A program made the position numbers and the translations under genes. From Clostridia bacterium (GTDB taxonomy: Bacteria > Bacillota > Clostridia > Oscillospirales > CAG-272): 64,000 bases of DNA. Shown piece by piece: positions 36,597-46,380 of this stretch (position 1 is its first letter; each line of letters starts with the position of its first letter). The stretch lies in assembly GCA_017961575.1 (NCBI GenBank), contig JAGCXA010000021.1, forward strand, positions 2,102 to 66,101, read 5' to 3'. The notes beneath the pieces are model-generated. The model was given only the letters and a program-made list of their open reading frames with translations, made no database searches and had not been told where the DNA came from.

Positions 36597-37603
36597 TTGC
36601 TGGCACTTCCTGTTTGCTTCATAATATTGGACAGTCTGGTGATTTTAAAGGGCATCACGTAATTCTGAATGAATCGGAACACGGGGTTTCTGTACGTGGA
36701 CCGTTTGGCGGAAAACCGAATGGAATACCGTTCTTCCAAGTACTCTCTTTTCCTGTGTATCTCATTCAGGTACTTCCCGTATATTCTCGTCTTCAAAAAG
36801 CGGTTGCGCTTCTTCAAATTGATGTTCACCAACCCGAAGGGGAGATACCGGATATTCTGGAAATGATAGAAACAGAGCGGAAAACGCTCGTGGGATTCAT
36901 TATCGGTCAGATAATAGCGTTGATCCCGACAATCGAAAGAATACCGCTCGGCGTTCCATGGCGCGACCCCGCCGCCCGGATTTTGAAGAATATGAACGCA
37001 GGCATATCGGGAAGGCCACTTTTCCAGATACATCTGATCGCCGTGCGTTTCGCTTCCCTTGTTATAACTGCAAGATCTCATACAGTCGCTGACCCAGCTG
37101 CTTAAAACCTCTCGGGCGGCTTCCGTGTTCAGAAACGTGTTGAACTCCACGCAGAACGTACCGTATTTCTTTTCCAGACTGATTCTTTTTCTTTCCGGGA
37201 AACCGTGTCTGACGATCAGAACTTCTTTTCGATCCTCCGTCATTTCAAGTAACAGGTCGCTCGGATCGGAAAAAAAGTACATATCCGCGTCGATATACGT
37301 GCAAACGGGTTCGTGAAAATAATCCAGCACGTATTGGATCGTCAGGGGCGTCCAGGTCCAGCAATACTCCGCAAAGGATCTGTTCCGTTTGATCTCCCGC
37401 AATTCTTCGTTTTCGAGCGAAGAAACGTCGACGCAGATCACGTTCTCGTCGGTCGTTTCTTCCAGAATGCGGAACGCTTCCGGATCCATTGCGAAAATAT
37501 ACAGTTTGAAATCGGGCGCCGCTCTTTTCAGCGAGTCGACCAAAACGAGACCTTTGTCAAGATAGCCGCGGTTAAACAGCGTGCAAAAAACGTTATAATT
37601 CAT
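36593..37603 (-). CDS. Putative nucleotide-diphospho-sugar transferase (GT8-like)
   Basis: 336 aa, MNYNVFCTLFNRGYLDKGLVLVDSL...YIDADMYF (DxD-like). Confidence 0.5.
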   Translation of the reverse strand: MNYNVFCTLFNRGYLDKGLVLVDSLKRAAPDFKLYIFAMDPEAFRILEETTDENVICVDVSSLENEELREIKRNRSFAEYCWTWTPLTIQYVLDYFHEPVCTYIDADMYFFSDPSDLLLEMTEDRKEVLIVRHGFPERKRISLEKKYGTFCVEFNTFLNTEAAREVLSSWVSDCMRSCSYNKGSETHGDQMYLEKWPSRYACVHILQNPGGGVAPWNAERYSFDCRDQRYYLTDNESHERFPLCFYHFQNIRYLPFGLVNINLKKRNRFLKTRIYGKYLNEIHRKREYLEERYSIRFSAKRSTYRNPVFRFIQNYVMPFKITRLSNIMKQTGSASK

Positions 37604-37607
37604 TATC

Positions 37608-39044
37608 TTACCTCGTTTTTCTTAACCTGAACGACCGAAAACAGTCCTTTTGGAAAAGCATCAAATAGAAAAACGACAGAACCGTCGCGGTACCCCCGCC
37701 GATCAGGATCTTTGCCACGAGTGAAAGAACGCCGAAAGACCACAAGCGGTTGAGGAACAGAATCTCAACGAACATAATCGCACCGATTATGCCGAAAGCG
37801 ACGAACGGCTGAACGAACGCGGAAAAACGGATCGATTTTCTGCACAGAACGATCTGGTAGACCAGTCCGAACAGTTCCGCCGACAGGGTGCCGATGATGG
37901 CTCCGTAGATCCCGATGAACGGGATCAGCGACGCGCTGAGCGCCAGATTGACCGCCGCGCTGAGGCACAGGCAGACGGTGAATTCCTTATCTCTTCCGTA
38001 GGGCAGCAGGAACCCGGTCCGGATCACGTCCCCGATGCAAAGGACGTAGATGACGGGAGACAACGCCCGGATAACCGTCCCGCATTCGACGAACTCTTCT
38101 CCGTAATAGACGACAGCCAATTCTTTGGAAACGGCAAGCAACCCGAAAATGGAAAGCAAAGAAACGAAAGAGGTAATCAGAGCCGCGAGTCTCACGAGCC
38201 GTTCGTGTTCCGCGGTATCTTTTTCTTTCACCAGAAAACAGATCCTCGGATAAAGGATCGTTCCGATTACCAAGGCAACGGATTTCGGAATGTTGATGAT
38301 TTTGTTCGAGTATTCGTAGATGGCGACGTCGTCGGTTCCGACGATGAGACCGATCAGAGTCTTGTCAAACAACGTATAGAGCGTGGCGGCAATAACGCTG
38401 ACGAACAGAACCGACAGGGGTTTCAAGTGAACGGCGCAATCGCGCGGCTTCACTCTTATCGGCTTGCAAAAAAGCAACGCGGTCAAAAAGAGCACGACGT
38501 CGGCGGACAAAAGGCACGTCGCCGTAATCAGGGCGTACTTCCAAAGATCCGCCTCGCTTTTCACGAACGTGAAAATCAAAACCATTTCCGCGATCTTGAA
38601 AAGCGCGTTCACAAGGGCAACCGACCGGAAATCCTCTTTCCCTTGGAAGAACCACGTTACGTCGAACAGAGCGGTCAGGACGTAGAGCGCTTCAATTAAG
38701 TAGATCGTCCGATGATCGGGAATGAAAAAGATAACGATGAAATAGACGCAGAGAGCCACGACCGAAAAAGCCGCGTGAACCAGATACAGACTCCAAAAAG
38801 AAGAACGCTCCCCAAATTTGTCGCCGCCGCTCGACGCGATCGCTCTCGGACCGTATTTGGCGATCCCCAGCATCGAAAAAACGATAAAGTAGAAGGCGAA
38901 CGTATTTACGAACGTAAAAACGCCGATCTCATTCTTTCCGATCGTTCTCGTCAAATAAGGCGCGACGAAAAGAGGAACGACCATTGTTACAGCCAAATAT
39001 ACAGTTTGATAAAAATAATTGGCGGCAACGCTCTTTCTTTTCAT
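37608..39044 (-). CDS. Oligosaccharide flippase (Wzx / polysaccharide biosynthesis protein family)
   Basis: 478 aa with about 12-14 hydrophobic segments. Lies within the glycosyltransferase cluster. Confidence 0.7.
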   Translation of the reverse strand: MKRKSVAANYFYQTVYLAVTMVVPLFVAPYLTRTIGKNEIGVFTFVNTFAFYFIVFSMLGIAKYGPRAIASSGGDKFGERSSFWSLYLVHAAFSVVALCVYFIVIFFIPDHRTIYLIEALYVLTALFDVTWFFQGKEDFRSVALVNALFKIAEMVLIFTFVKSEADLWKYALITATCLLSADVVLFLTALLFCKPIRVKPRDCAVHLKPLSVLFVSVIAATLYTLFDKTLIGLIVGTDDVAIYEYSNKIINIPKSVALVIGTILYPRICFLVKEKDTAEHERLVRLAALITSFVSLLSIFGLLAVSKELAVVYYGEEFVECGTVIRALSPVIYVLCIGDVIRTGFLLPYGRDKEFTVCLCLSAAVNLALSASLIPFIGIYGAIIGTLSAELFGLVYQIVLCRKSIRFSAFVQPFVAFGIIGAIMFVEILFLNRLWSFGVLSLVAKILIGGGTATVLSFFYLMLFQKDCFRSFRLRKTR

Positions 39045-39934
39045 TATTCGTCTTCCCTGATTCTCTTTATTAAATCCAGGCGTCCGTCAAACAGAGAACG
39101 GATCTGCTCGTCGTTTTTCAAGCCGTTCACGTTCTGCGTCATCAGTTTTTGGTTGTTTTTGATCATCAGATCGACGAAAACGAAATGCTCGTATTCCTTC
39201 GTTTTCACGACCTTGACCGAGTTTTCGAGACTATTGTATTTCAGCCATACGTCGTCGGCTGTCGGCGTCTTTTTCATAAACGATTCCCGATCGAGCAAAA
39301 GATCCGTTTTCATACGTCCGGCGGGATAACAAACGCCCCCGCATCCGATCGGCATAATCCGATACATAGGCACGCCGGTCTCCGTCTCTCTTTCCCACGT
39401 CGAATACGCGGCAAAGGAGTCGTTTTCCACGAGCATACGGGAGCCGACGGTGCAGGAAACGAATCTGTTTTCCGAAGCCCCGAGCAGTACCTCAACGAGA
39501 TCTTCCGGATAGATCATATCGTCGTCAACCGTGATGATCGTTTTTTCTCCGTATTCCTGGAAAGCGTAATAATACTTCTTATGAGACCGGAGATCTCCGT
39601 CGACCAACCGGATTTCCGCGAGCTGATTCTGATGCAATTTCAGGAGTTTTTTCGGCAGCACGGAAAGGTCGCCGAACTGATCGCGCGACAGATACAAAAC
39701 GATTTTTTCGGGCGGCACGGTTTGCCGGAGCAGCGACTCGATTACGAGATGGACCTTCCCGATTCTGGCGGGAAAACTGGTCAGTGAAACGACTACGTCC
39801 GGGCGCTTGCCGTCGGTTTTCCTTGAAGAGAACTTCAAACAGATCGGATAAAAGCAATTCAGAAACAGTTTATAAAACCGATATTTTGTAAGTCCGAACC
39901 GGGAATCCACCCGCTTATAAATCTCTTTGATCAT
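39044..39934 (-). CDS. Glycosyltransferase (GT-A like)
   Basis: 296 aa, VVVSLTSFPARIGKVHLVIESLLRQTVPPEKIVLYLS...TVDDDMIYP (DxD). Confidence 0.55.
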   Translation of the reverse strand: MIKEIYKRVDSRFGLTKYRFYKLFLNCFYPICLKFSSRKTDGKRPDVVVSLTSFPARIGKVHLVIESLLRQTVPPEKIVLYLSRDQFGDLSVLPKKLLKLHQNQLAEIRLVDGDLRSHKKYYYAFQEYGEKTIITVDDDMIYPEDLVEVLLGASENRFVSCTVGSRMLVENDSFAAYSTWERETETGVPMYRIMPIGCGGVCYPAGRMKTDLLLDRESFMKKTPTADDVWLKYNSLENSVKVVKTKEYEHFVFVDLMIKNNQKLMTQNVNGLKNDEQIRSLFDGRLDLIKRIREDE

Positions 39935-39956
39935 ATCTCACTCCGTCGCTTCGGTA

Positions 39957-41117
39957 TCAATAGTAGTAAAAGGCGAGCAGATAGTAGGACGTCATCCACA
40001 AATCGCAAAGAGCAAACAGGATGACGGCGGATACCCCTTTGAATCTGAGCGTTTTCGCCCCCCAGTTGGCGCTGAGAATATTCGAGAGCGCGGAATAGAC
40101 GATAAAGCTGGCAAGAAAAACGATCCGAAACGATCCTTGAATCGTATTGTATACCGCCAAAAGCACAATGCTTATCAACGTGCAAAGCGCAAGAAAATGC
40201 TTATCCTTTTGCCGGGCTTCGAGTCGTTCGGATACGCGCGGGTCGTTTTCCGCCCCGCCTTGCCCGGCGTCGCCCGGATCCGGAAGCGAAACCGAAACGA
40301 ACGAATCAAATTTGAAAATGAGCCAGATGCAGCAGAGGATCGGAAAGAGGTTGATTAAAAGGAACGAGATATTCAGCAGAACCGGTTCGTCAAGAGACGA
40401 CGAACGGAAAAGATAGTACTGTACTTTCTCAAGCAGATCGAAACTGGATTTCTTATGCTCGCCCAGATTCAGGAACCTCCAAGGGATCAGCGCCAAAAGT
40501 CCCGCGGCGATCAGCGGTTTATAGATCTTCCGTTTTCTGAAAGCCACGACGATTTCGATCAGCAGCGCCAAGACCGAGGAGTAATGGAATCCGATCGCGA
40601 ACAAATAGAGGACGGCTTTCCCGATTTTGTTTTTCGTATGATACGCCGCGTAGATGAAGGCGATCGCAACGATCGCGCGCGTCAGATCGAAGTGATACAT
40701 CATCAACACAGAGAACGAGAACAGGTGCGCGAGCGGCTTTTCCGCGCGAAGAATATTCGCGCCGAAGATCGTAAACGGAATCATATAAAGCAGAAGACAG
40801 AACTGCGCAAAACTGAGCCCCAGAATCTTTGACAGACTCATCGACAGGAGATAAAACGGTTCAAAATGCGCCGCAAAGAGTTTTTTCAAACTGAACCCGC
40901 TGAAAAAGTCCGACACGGAAAACGTGTGGTAATCCAACGTATAATTGACCCAGTCCAACCCCAGCGTTCGGAAAGAATAAATCAAAAGCAGAACGATCAG
41001 AATGCCGAGCGATATTCTTGCCTGAACTATGTAGGAAGAATTCCGGTACAGATAGGAAATGACAAAAATCAGCGCGAAAAGACAAATAAAAATGATAAAT
41101 TGCGGCTCTTTGTTCAT
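39957..41117 (-). CDS. EpsG/Wzy-like polysaccharide polymerase membrane protein
   Basis: 386 aa, polytopic, aromatic-rich. Position in the cluster supports the call. Confidence 0.55.
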   Translation of the reverse strand: MNKEPQFIIFICLFALIFVISYLYRNSSYIVQARISLGILIVLLLIYSFRTLGLDWVNYTLDYHTFSVSDFFSGFSLKKLFAAHFEPFYLLSMSLSKILGLSFAQFCLLLYMIPFTIFGANILRAEKPLAHLFSFSVLMMYHFDLTRAIVAIAFIYAAYHTKNKIGKAVLYLFAIGFHYSSVLALLIEIVVAFRKRKIYKPLIAAGLLALIPWRFLNLGEHKKSSFDLLEKVQYYLFRSSSLDEPVLLNISFLLINLFPILCCIWLIFKFDSFVSVSLPDPGDAGQGGAENDPRVSERLEARQKDKHFLALCTLISIVLLAVYNTIQGSFRIVFLASFIVYSALSNILSANWGAKTLRFKGVSAVILFALCDLWMTSYYLLAFYYY

Positions 41118-41129
41118 ATCATCACCATT

Positions 41130-42308
41130 TCAAAACAGAATTGAATTCAGCGAATCCAGCAGTTTGTTTTTATCAAAGCAACGCTTCACGTAACGCAGCG
41201 CGTTCGTCCTGAACGTCCCGGCGTCCGAGCGCCTCAAAACGGAAATGGCGGACGCAAGCGCTTCCGGGTTCCCGGTTTCACAGCATACGCCGCATCCGGC
41301 TTCGTTGATTATTCTTTCGGTCTCTCCCGAAGCCGACGCAAGAATCGGCATTCCGCAAGCCATATAACTCTGCAATTTTGCCGGAATCGTTTTGTTGAAC
41401 AACGGATGATCCATAAACGACACGAACGCCGCGTCGCAAGTGCAGAGCAATTCCGGTATTCTTTGCGCGGGCTGACGGTTGATGAACAAAAACTTCTCTT
41501 TTACGTCGGCGGTTTCCTCTACGAGTTGTTCTTTATACCTTCCGTCGCCGACAATGACGAACAGGACGTCGTCGACCAGTTTGGCGACCTTCGGCAGAAT
41601 ATCAAGCCCCTGCGCCGTTCCGACGTTGCCGGTAAAGATGATCTTGAATCTGCCGTCGTTAGGGATCTCCGCGGGCGACGGGTCCTCGACCGGTTTGTAG
41701 ATCTCCTCCGCGTATTGGGGCCAATAAACGACCTTCTCTTTATCCGTCACTCTCTCCCGGATCGCCTCCACGAAAGAGGGGGACGTCGCGAGCACCTTCG
41801 TACAAGCGGCGTACAACTTGTCCGCCATCTTCTGATAATGATTCAGGACGCGCTTGTTATGAACGCCGCCGACGGCTTCCAGATTTTCGGGCCACAAATC
41901 CTGTACGTAGAGATAACTCGGGATCTTTCTTCTTTTGGAAAACCACTTGCCTATCAACGCCTGCGTCAGAGGTGAAACTTCAAAAACGAAAACCGCGTCC
42001 GGTTTCAACCCGGTAAACGTCTTCCACAGCCAGCCGGACCATACGAAAGAATAATAATTCAGAACGAGTCGAAGAGAAGAGCGTCCCCTGGATATGATGG
42101 GGAGACGGATAACGTCTATCCCGTTCCAATTCTCTTTTCTTTTTCTGAACCAGCCGTATCCTTTATAGAATTTTCCCTCGGGATAGTTCGGTATTCCCGT
42201 CAGAACGGTGACCTTGTACCCCCGCGAGACCCACTCTTGGCATATATCGTTGATCCGGAACGGTTCCGGATAAAAATACTGCGATATAACCAGAATGTGT
42301 TTGCTCAT
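41130..42308 (-). CDS. Glycosyltransferase family 4 (WbuB-like)
   Basis: Start set to ATG 42308 (overlaps the upstream stop). MSKHILVISQYFYPEPFRINDICQEW... Confidence 0.7.
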   Translation of the reverse strand: MSKHILVISQYFYPEPFRINDICQEWVSRGYKVTVLTGIPNYPEGKFYKGYGWFRKRKENWNGIDVIRLPIISRGRSSLRLVLNYYSFVWSGWLWKTFTGLKPDAVFVFEVSPLTQALIGKWFSKRRKIPSYLYVQDLWPENLEAVGGVHNKRVLNHYQKMADKLYAACTKVLATSPSFVEAIRERVTDKEKVVYWPQYAEEIYKPVEDPSPAEIPNDGRFKIIFTGNVGTAQGLDILPKVAKLVDDVLFVIVGDGRYKEQLVEETADVKEKFLFINRQPAQRIPELLCTCDAAFVSFMDHPLFNKTIPAKLQSYMACGMPILASASGETERIINEAGCGVCCETGNPEALASAISVLRRSDAGTFRTNALRYVKRCFDKNKLLDSLNSILF

Positions 42309-43183
42309 CGTCTCTCCGTTTCCGCAATGCTTTCTTTGAGATCGTATTTTCGGTACTCGGTTTTGTATTCGCTCATCTCTTTTTCGTAGGCGAGGTTTCC
42401 GAACGCCTTGTTTACCGTACCGGAAAACAGACCGAAGATCTTTAACAGCCAACCGAAGCCCTTGACGATCCGGATCTTTTTTCCGTTCGCCTCCGCAATC
42501 ATTTTCACCAATTCACTCGTGTTTGAGTATTCGGCGTTCTGCGGAAAGAAGATCCCCTCTTCGCCGTTCTCGATCATCAGCCGGACGAATTCGACGAGAT
42601 TGCCGATATAAAGCATGGACCGTTCGTTTTTGACGAAGGGGAAAAAAGGCAGTTTGGTCGCGAATTTCTCCAACTGCGGAAAATTGCCCCGGCTTCCCTT
42701 TCCGTAAATCATCGGGGGACGCAGGACGCAGACCTTAAACCGATCGTCCGACAGCGGAAGGATCCCGCGTTCCGCCTGCAATTTGGAATCGCCGTAGCAA
42801 TTGGCGGGAGAGGTCGGGGTATCGCGGGTAATGATCTTTCTGCGCCCGATCCTGCCGCTTGCCCCGTAGACGATGGCGCTTGACATAAAGATAAACTGTC
42901 CGACGCCGTCGGCTTTCGCTTTCTTCGCGGTCTCGACGGTCAGATCGGTGTTGACGGAGCGGTAGAGTTTCTCTTTCTCCGCGGAAATCTTCCCGTTGTC
43001 GGAGTGGGCGATGCCCGCCACGTGAAAGACGGCGTCGTATCCGGCAAAACTCTTCTCTCTCCACGTTCCGTCGATCATATCGACGACGTCGACCCGATAC
43101 GATTCGGCGTAATTCTCGTTGATATACTTTTCAAACGACGTGCCGATATAGGAACCGGCGCCGGTAATCAGTATCTTTTTCAT
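42305..43183 (-). CDS. NAD-dependent sugar epimerase/dehydratase
   Basis: MKKILITGAGSYIGTSF... Rossmann motif, YGDSKLQAE catalytic YxxxK. Confidence 0.8.
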   Translation of the reverse strand: MKKILITGAGSYIGTSFEKYINENYAESYRVDVVDMIDGTWREKSFAGYDAVFHVAGIAHSDNGKISAEKEKLYRSVNTDLTVETAKKAKADGVGQFIFMSSAIVYGASGRIGRRKIITRDTPTSPANCYGDSKLQAERGILPLSDDRFKVCVLRPPMIYGKGSRGNFPQLEKFATKLPFFPFVKNERSMLYIGNLVEFVRLMIENGEEGIFFPQNAEYSNTSELVKMIAEANGKKIRIVKGFGWLLKIFGLFSGTVNKAFGNLAYEKEMSEYKTEYRKYDLKESIAETERR

Positions 43184-43815
43184 TGCTTCTCCGGCTTCTC
43201 TTCTTTATGCATTTCTCCGGTTCCGCCCTCGACGACCCCCTCGTGCCGAAAGACCGAAAAAACCGTCCGGAACAGGAGTCCGACGTCATAGAAGATTCCC
43301 CGTTTTTCAACGTATTCGCCGTCGAATTTTGCCTTTACGGGTATTTCCAGTTCGTCTCTGCCGCTGATCTGCGCCAAACCCGTAAGTCCGGGCTTGACCT
43401 CGTTTGCGTGATACTTGTCTCTCTCGGCGATCAGGTCGTCCTGATTCCACAAGGCGGGGCGCGGTCCGACGAAACTCATCTGACCGGCGAAGATGTTGAA
43501 CAGTTGCGGCAGTTCGTCGATCGAGGTTTTGCGGATGAATTTCCCCACCTTCGTAATGTGGGCGTCCGCGTGATCCAGTTGATGGGTGGGGGCGTTCGGA
43601 TCGGTGTCCGTATACATTGATCGGAATTTCAGGATCTTAAAGATTTTTTTGTTTTTGCCGATCCTGTCCTGCTTGAAGAAAACGGGACCTTTGCTGTCGC
43701 ACTTCACCATGATCGCCACGATCAGCAACGGAAGCGAAAGCAGTATGATCGCAACGAATGAGAAAACAAGATCAAAACACCTTTTCAAGAAGGAATAAAC
43801 CGGTTTCTTTTTCAT
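43180..43815 (-). CDS. Initiating undecaprenyl-phosphate sugar phosphotransferase (bacterial sugar transferase family)
   Basis: KRCFDLVFSFVAIILLSLPLLIVAIMVKCDSKGPVFFKQDRIGKNKKIFKILKFRSM...DELPQL. ATG 43815 has a GGAG RBS. Confidence 0.85.
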   Translation of the reverse strand: MKKKPVYSFLKRCFDLVFSFVAIILLSLPLLIVAIMVKCDSKGPVFFKQDRIGKNKKIFKILKFRSMYTDTDPNAPTHQLDHADAHITKVGKFIRKTSIDELPQLFNIFAGQMSFVGPRPALWNQDDLIAERDKYHANEVKPGLTGLAQISGRDELEIPVKAKFDGEYVEKRGIFYDVGLLFRTVFSVFRHEGVVEGGTGEMHKEEKPEKQ

Positions 43816-43987
43816 TTGCCGAGACTCCAATTTCGATTACTTGCCTTTCTTTATTATCCGACTGCGCCGTACGGTCGCCGCGAATCAAAAAACCGCAGAC
43901 GCCCCGCGAAAGCGCGCCTTTCGTTTCCGGCAAAAGCCGGACGCTTCTCTTGCGCGCGCGACGCGCCGCGAAAAAAACTCTTTGTAT

Positions 43988-44016
43988 ATTTTAACATAAT
44001 AAAACAAAAAAGTCAA
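43988..44016 (-). promoter_or_regulatory. SigA promoter of the polysaccharide operon (followed by a ~170-nt leader)
   Basis: Minus strand TTGACT-17 nt-TAAAAT with TGt extended -10. Confidence 0.55.
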
Positions 44017-44050
44017 CCTTACTTCGACACAAATCGTACGCGCGGGGAGA

Positions 44051-44734
44051 TCAGGCGAACAGTCCGTATTTTTGTTTGAGCCGATCGGTCTTGCGAAGGA
44101 TCGGGCGGGTGAGCAGAAGAAGGAACAGGACGTTCGAGACGGCGTAGAGCAGGGTGAAGGGGAGTCCCGAAACGAGGAAGGTCAGGTAGGCGGCGGGGAG
44201 TAGCGTCCCCGTCGCGGCGACGGTCGTCCAGAGGTCGGTGAGCGCCGAGAAGAGGGCGCCGCCGATCACCCCGAGCAGAAGGAGCAAAAGCGGGTTGCGG
44301 CGGAGGCGCGAGCGGGCGAAGAGCCCGGAGAGAAAGCCGACCGCGCCCCAGGCGAGCATCTGGAACGCCGTCCAGGGGCCCTGCCCGAAGAAGAAGTTGG
44401 AGAGGAGCGCCGTCGCCGCCCCGGTCATAAACCCTGCGAGCGGTCCGAAGGAGAGCCCGGTCAGGATCACGACGGCGGAAACGGGCTTGAAGCCGGGGAG
44501 CGGAGCGAACAGCACCCGCCCGACGACCGAGATCCCGGTCATCACGGCGATCGCCGCCAATTCGCGCGCGCCGCTTCTGCGCCACTCGAAAACGATCAGC
44601 GCGGGGAGCGTGAGGCAGAAAGCAAGCAGCGGAATGGCGAGCCGATACTGTCCGCGGAGCCACAAAAACACGTCAAAAAGGACGAGAACCCCCCCGAAAG
44701 CGAGAAGAAAGACGCGGGTCTTAACCGAAGTCAT
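44051..44734 (-). CDS. ECF transporter S (substrate-capture) component, substrate unknown
   Basis: 227 aa with 6 hydrophobic helices. Overlaps the ATPase gene by 4 nt (ATGA). Confidence 0.65.
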   Translation of the reverse strand: MTSVKTRVFLLAFGGVLVLFDVFLWLRGQYRLAIPLLAFCLTLPALIVFEWRRSGARELAAIAVMTGISVVGRVLFAPLPGFKPVSAVVILTGLSFGPLAGFMTGAATALLSNFFFGQGPWTAFQMLAWGAVGFLSGLFARSRLRRNPLLLLLLGVIGGALFSALTDLWTTVAATGTLLPAAYLTFLVSGLPFTLLYAVSNVLFLLLLTRPILRKTDRLKQKYGLFA

Positions 44735-46380
44735 TTCGCATCCCCTCCCTCTTTTCGCAGTTCGGCGATCAGTTCGTCCGCCGTCGTCGCGGTCGGCAGG
44801 ATCCCCTGTGACAAGCGCGACGCCTGCGTGGTATAAAACCGGTTTTCGGAGAAGAAGCGCCGGACGTCGGCGCAGGCGTTCAACTTTCCGTTAAAGAACA
44901 GCTCCGCGCGGTCGGAGACCTCCGAAGCGAATGCGAGATCGTGGGTCGCGAGAAGGATCGCGCACCCCGCAGCCGCCGATTCGCGGAGAACGGAGGCGAG
45001 GGCGGCGCGGGCGAAGGGATCGAGCCCCGCCGTCGGCTCGTCGAGGAGCAGAACGCGCGGAGAAAGCAGGGTCAGTTTGGCGAGCGCGAGCCGCGTCTGT
45101 TCCCCGCCGCTGAGATCGTAGGGATGCGCGTCGAGTTTGCCTTCAAGCGAAAAGCGGGCGGCGGCGCGGGAAATCGCGTCCTCCCGATCCGGAAGCCCCT
45201 CGGTCACCTCGTCGAGTTCCTCCCGGACGCGGTCGCGGGCGAAGAGGAGCGCGGGATTCTGCGGCAGGTAGGCGATCCCGCCCCGCCCGGTCTCGGGCAG
45301 TCCCCGTTTCCCGTCGTAGCGGACCGTTCCCGCGACGGGTCGCAGGATGCCCGAAAGCAGTTTGATGAGCGTCGTCTTCCCCGCCCCGTTCGGTCCGAGA
45401 ACCGAAAGGATCTCGCCGGGGAAAAGCGAACAGGTCAGGTTGGCGACGACGTCGGGATCGTTCCGCCCGTAGCGGAACCAGACGTCCTTTGCCGAGAGCA
45501 GGGCGGCGGCTTTCTTTTCGGGGGTCGCCGCGTCGGTCGGCTCGGTTTCGGGAACGGGGTCTTTGCAGACCGTCCGCAGCCACGCGCGCCCCTCGCGCAC
45601 CGTCAGCGGCGCTTCGTCGGTTCCGTTCACGCTCCGCCAGACGCGGGGAACGGTGGGCAAAAACCGAACGTCCGCCCCATCCGCCGACCTTGCGAAATCG
45701 CGCGGCGGAAGGACCGAAACGATCCGTCCCGCGTCCATCCGGGCGACCCGGTCGACGAGCGGAAACAGTTCCTCGGTATCGTGTCCCGCGAGGATCACGG
45801 TTACGCCCGCCTCCTCGTTGATCCGTCGAACGGCGGACAGGAAGCGGAGTTTCGCCGGGGGATCGAGCCGCGTCACCGGCTCGTCGAGAAGGAGCAGGCG
45901 CGGATTGAGCGCGAGCGCAGACGCGAGGTTGACGAGTTGCTTTTCCCCGCCCGACAGTTCGGAGATCTTCCGTGACGCGAGCCGCCCGATCCCGAGAAAG
46001 TCCGCCGCCTCGGCGACCCGTCCGGGGATCAGCGTCCCGTCCAACCCGACCGATTCAAGTCCGAAGGCGATCTCGGCGAACACGGTGTCCGAAACGGTCT
46101 GCCGTTCGGGATCCTGCCCGACGAAACCGATCACGGACGCCGCGTCGCGGGGGGACATACGGTCGAGTTCCGTGCCGTCGAGCGTAACGCTCCCCTTCCT
46201 CTCGCCGTAGGGGGCGAGGGCGGGTTTGAGCGAACGGAGCAGGGTCGTTTTTCCGCATCCGCTCCGCCCGACGACGAGCAGGAACTCCCCCTCCCGAACC
46301 GAAAGCGAACATCCGGCGAGGGCGGGGGTCGTCGATCCGTGATAGGTAAACGTCAGATCCGAGACCGCAAGATATGCCAT
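44731..46380 (-). CDS. ECF transporter duplicated ATPase (EcfA1-EcfA2 fusion)
   Basis: Start at ATG 46380. Two Walker A motifs (GRSGCGKTT, GPNGAGKTT) and two LSGGE signatures. Confidence 0.85.
   Translation of the reverse strand: MAYLAVSDLTFTYHGSTTPALAGCSLSVREGEFLLVVGRSGCGKTTLLRSLKPALAPYGERKGSVTLDGTELDRMSPRDAASVIGFVGQDPERQTVSDTVFAEIAFGLESVGLDGTLIPGRVAEAADFLGIGRLASRKISELSGGEKQLVNLASALALNPRLLLLDEPVTRLDPPAKLRFLSAVRRINEEAGVTVILAGHDTEELFPLVDRVARMDAGRIVSVLPPRDFARSADGADVRFLPTVPRVWRSVNGTDEAPLTVREGRAWLRTVCKDPVPETEPTDAATPEKKAAALLSAKDVWFRYGRNDPDVVANLTCSLFPGEILSVLGPNGAGKTTLIKLLSGILRPVAGTVRYDGKRGLPETGRGGIAYLPQNPALLFARDRVREELDEVTEGLPDREDAISRAAARFSLEGKLDAHPYDLSGGEQTRLALAKLTLLSPRVLLLDEPTAGLDPFARAALASVLRESAAAGCAILLATHDLAFASEVSDRAELFFNGKLNACADVRRFFSENRFYTTQASRLSQGILPTATTADELIAELRKEGGDAK

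Noticed and set aside
43816-43987. c-di-GMP (GEMM) or other riboswitch in the polysaccharide operon leader
   Set aside because: GC-rich hairpins and a T-run are present, but I could not match the conserved GEMM-I core (..GGACGCAAAGCC..) or any other motif I know. I leave it as an unexplained long leader.
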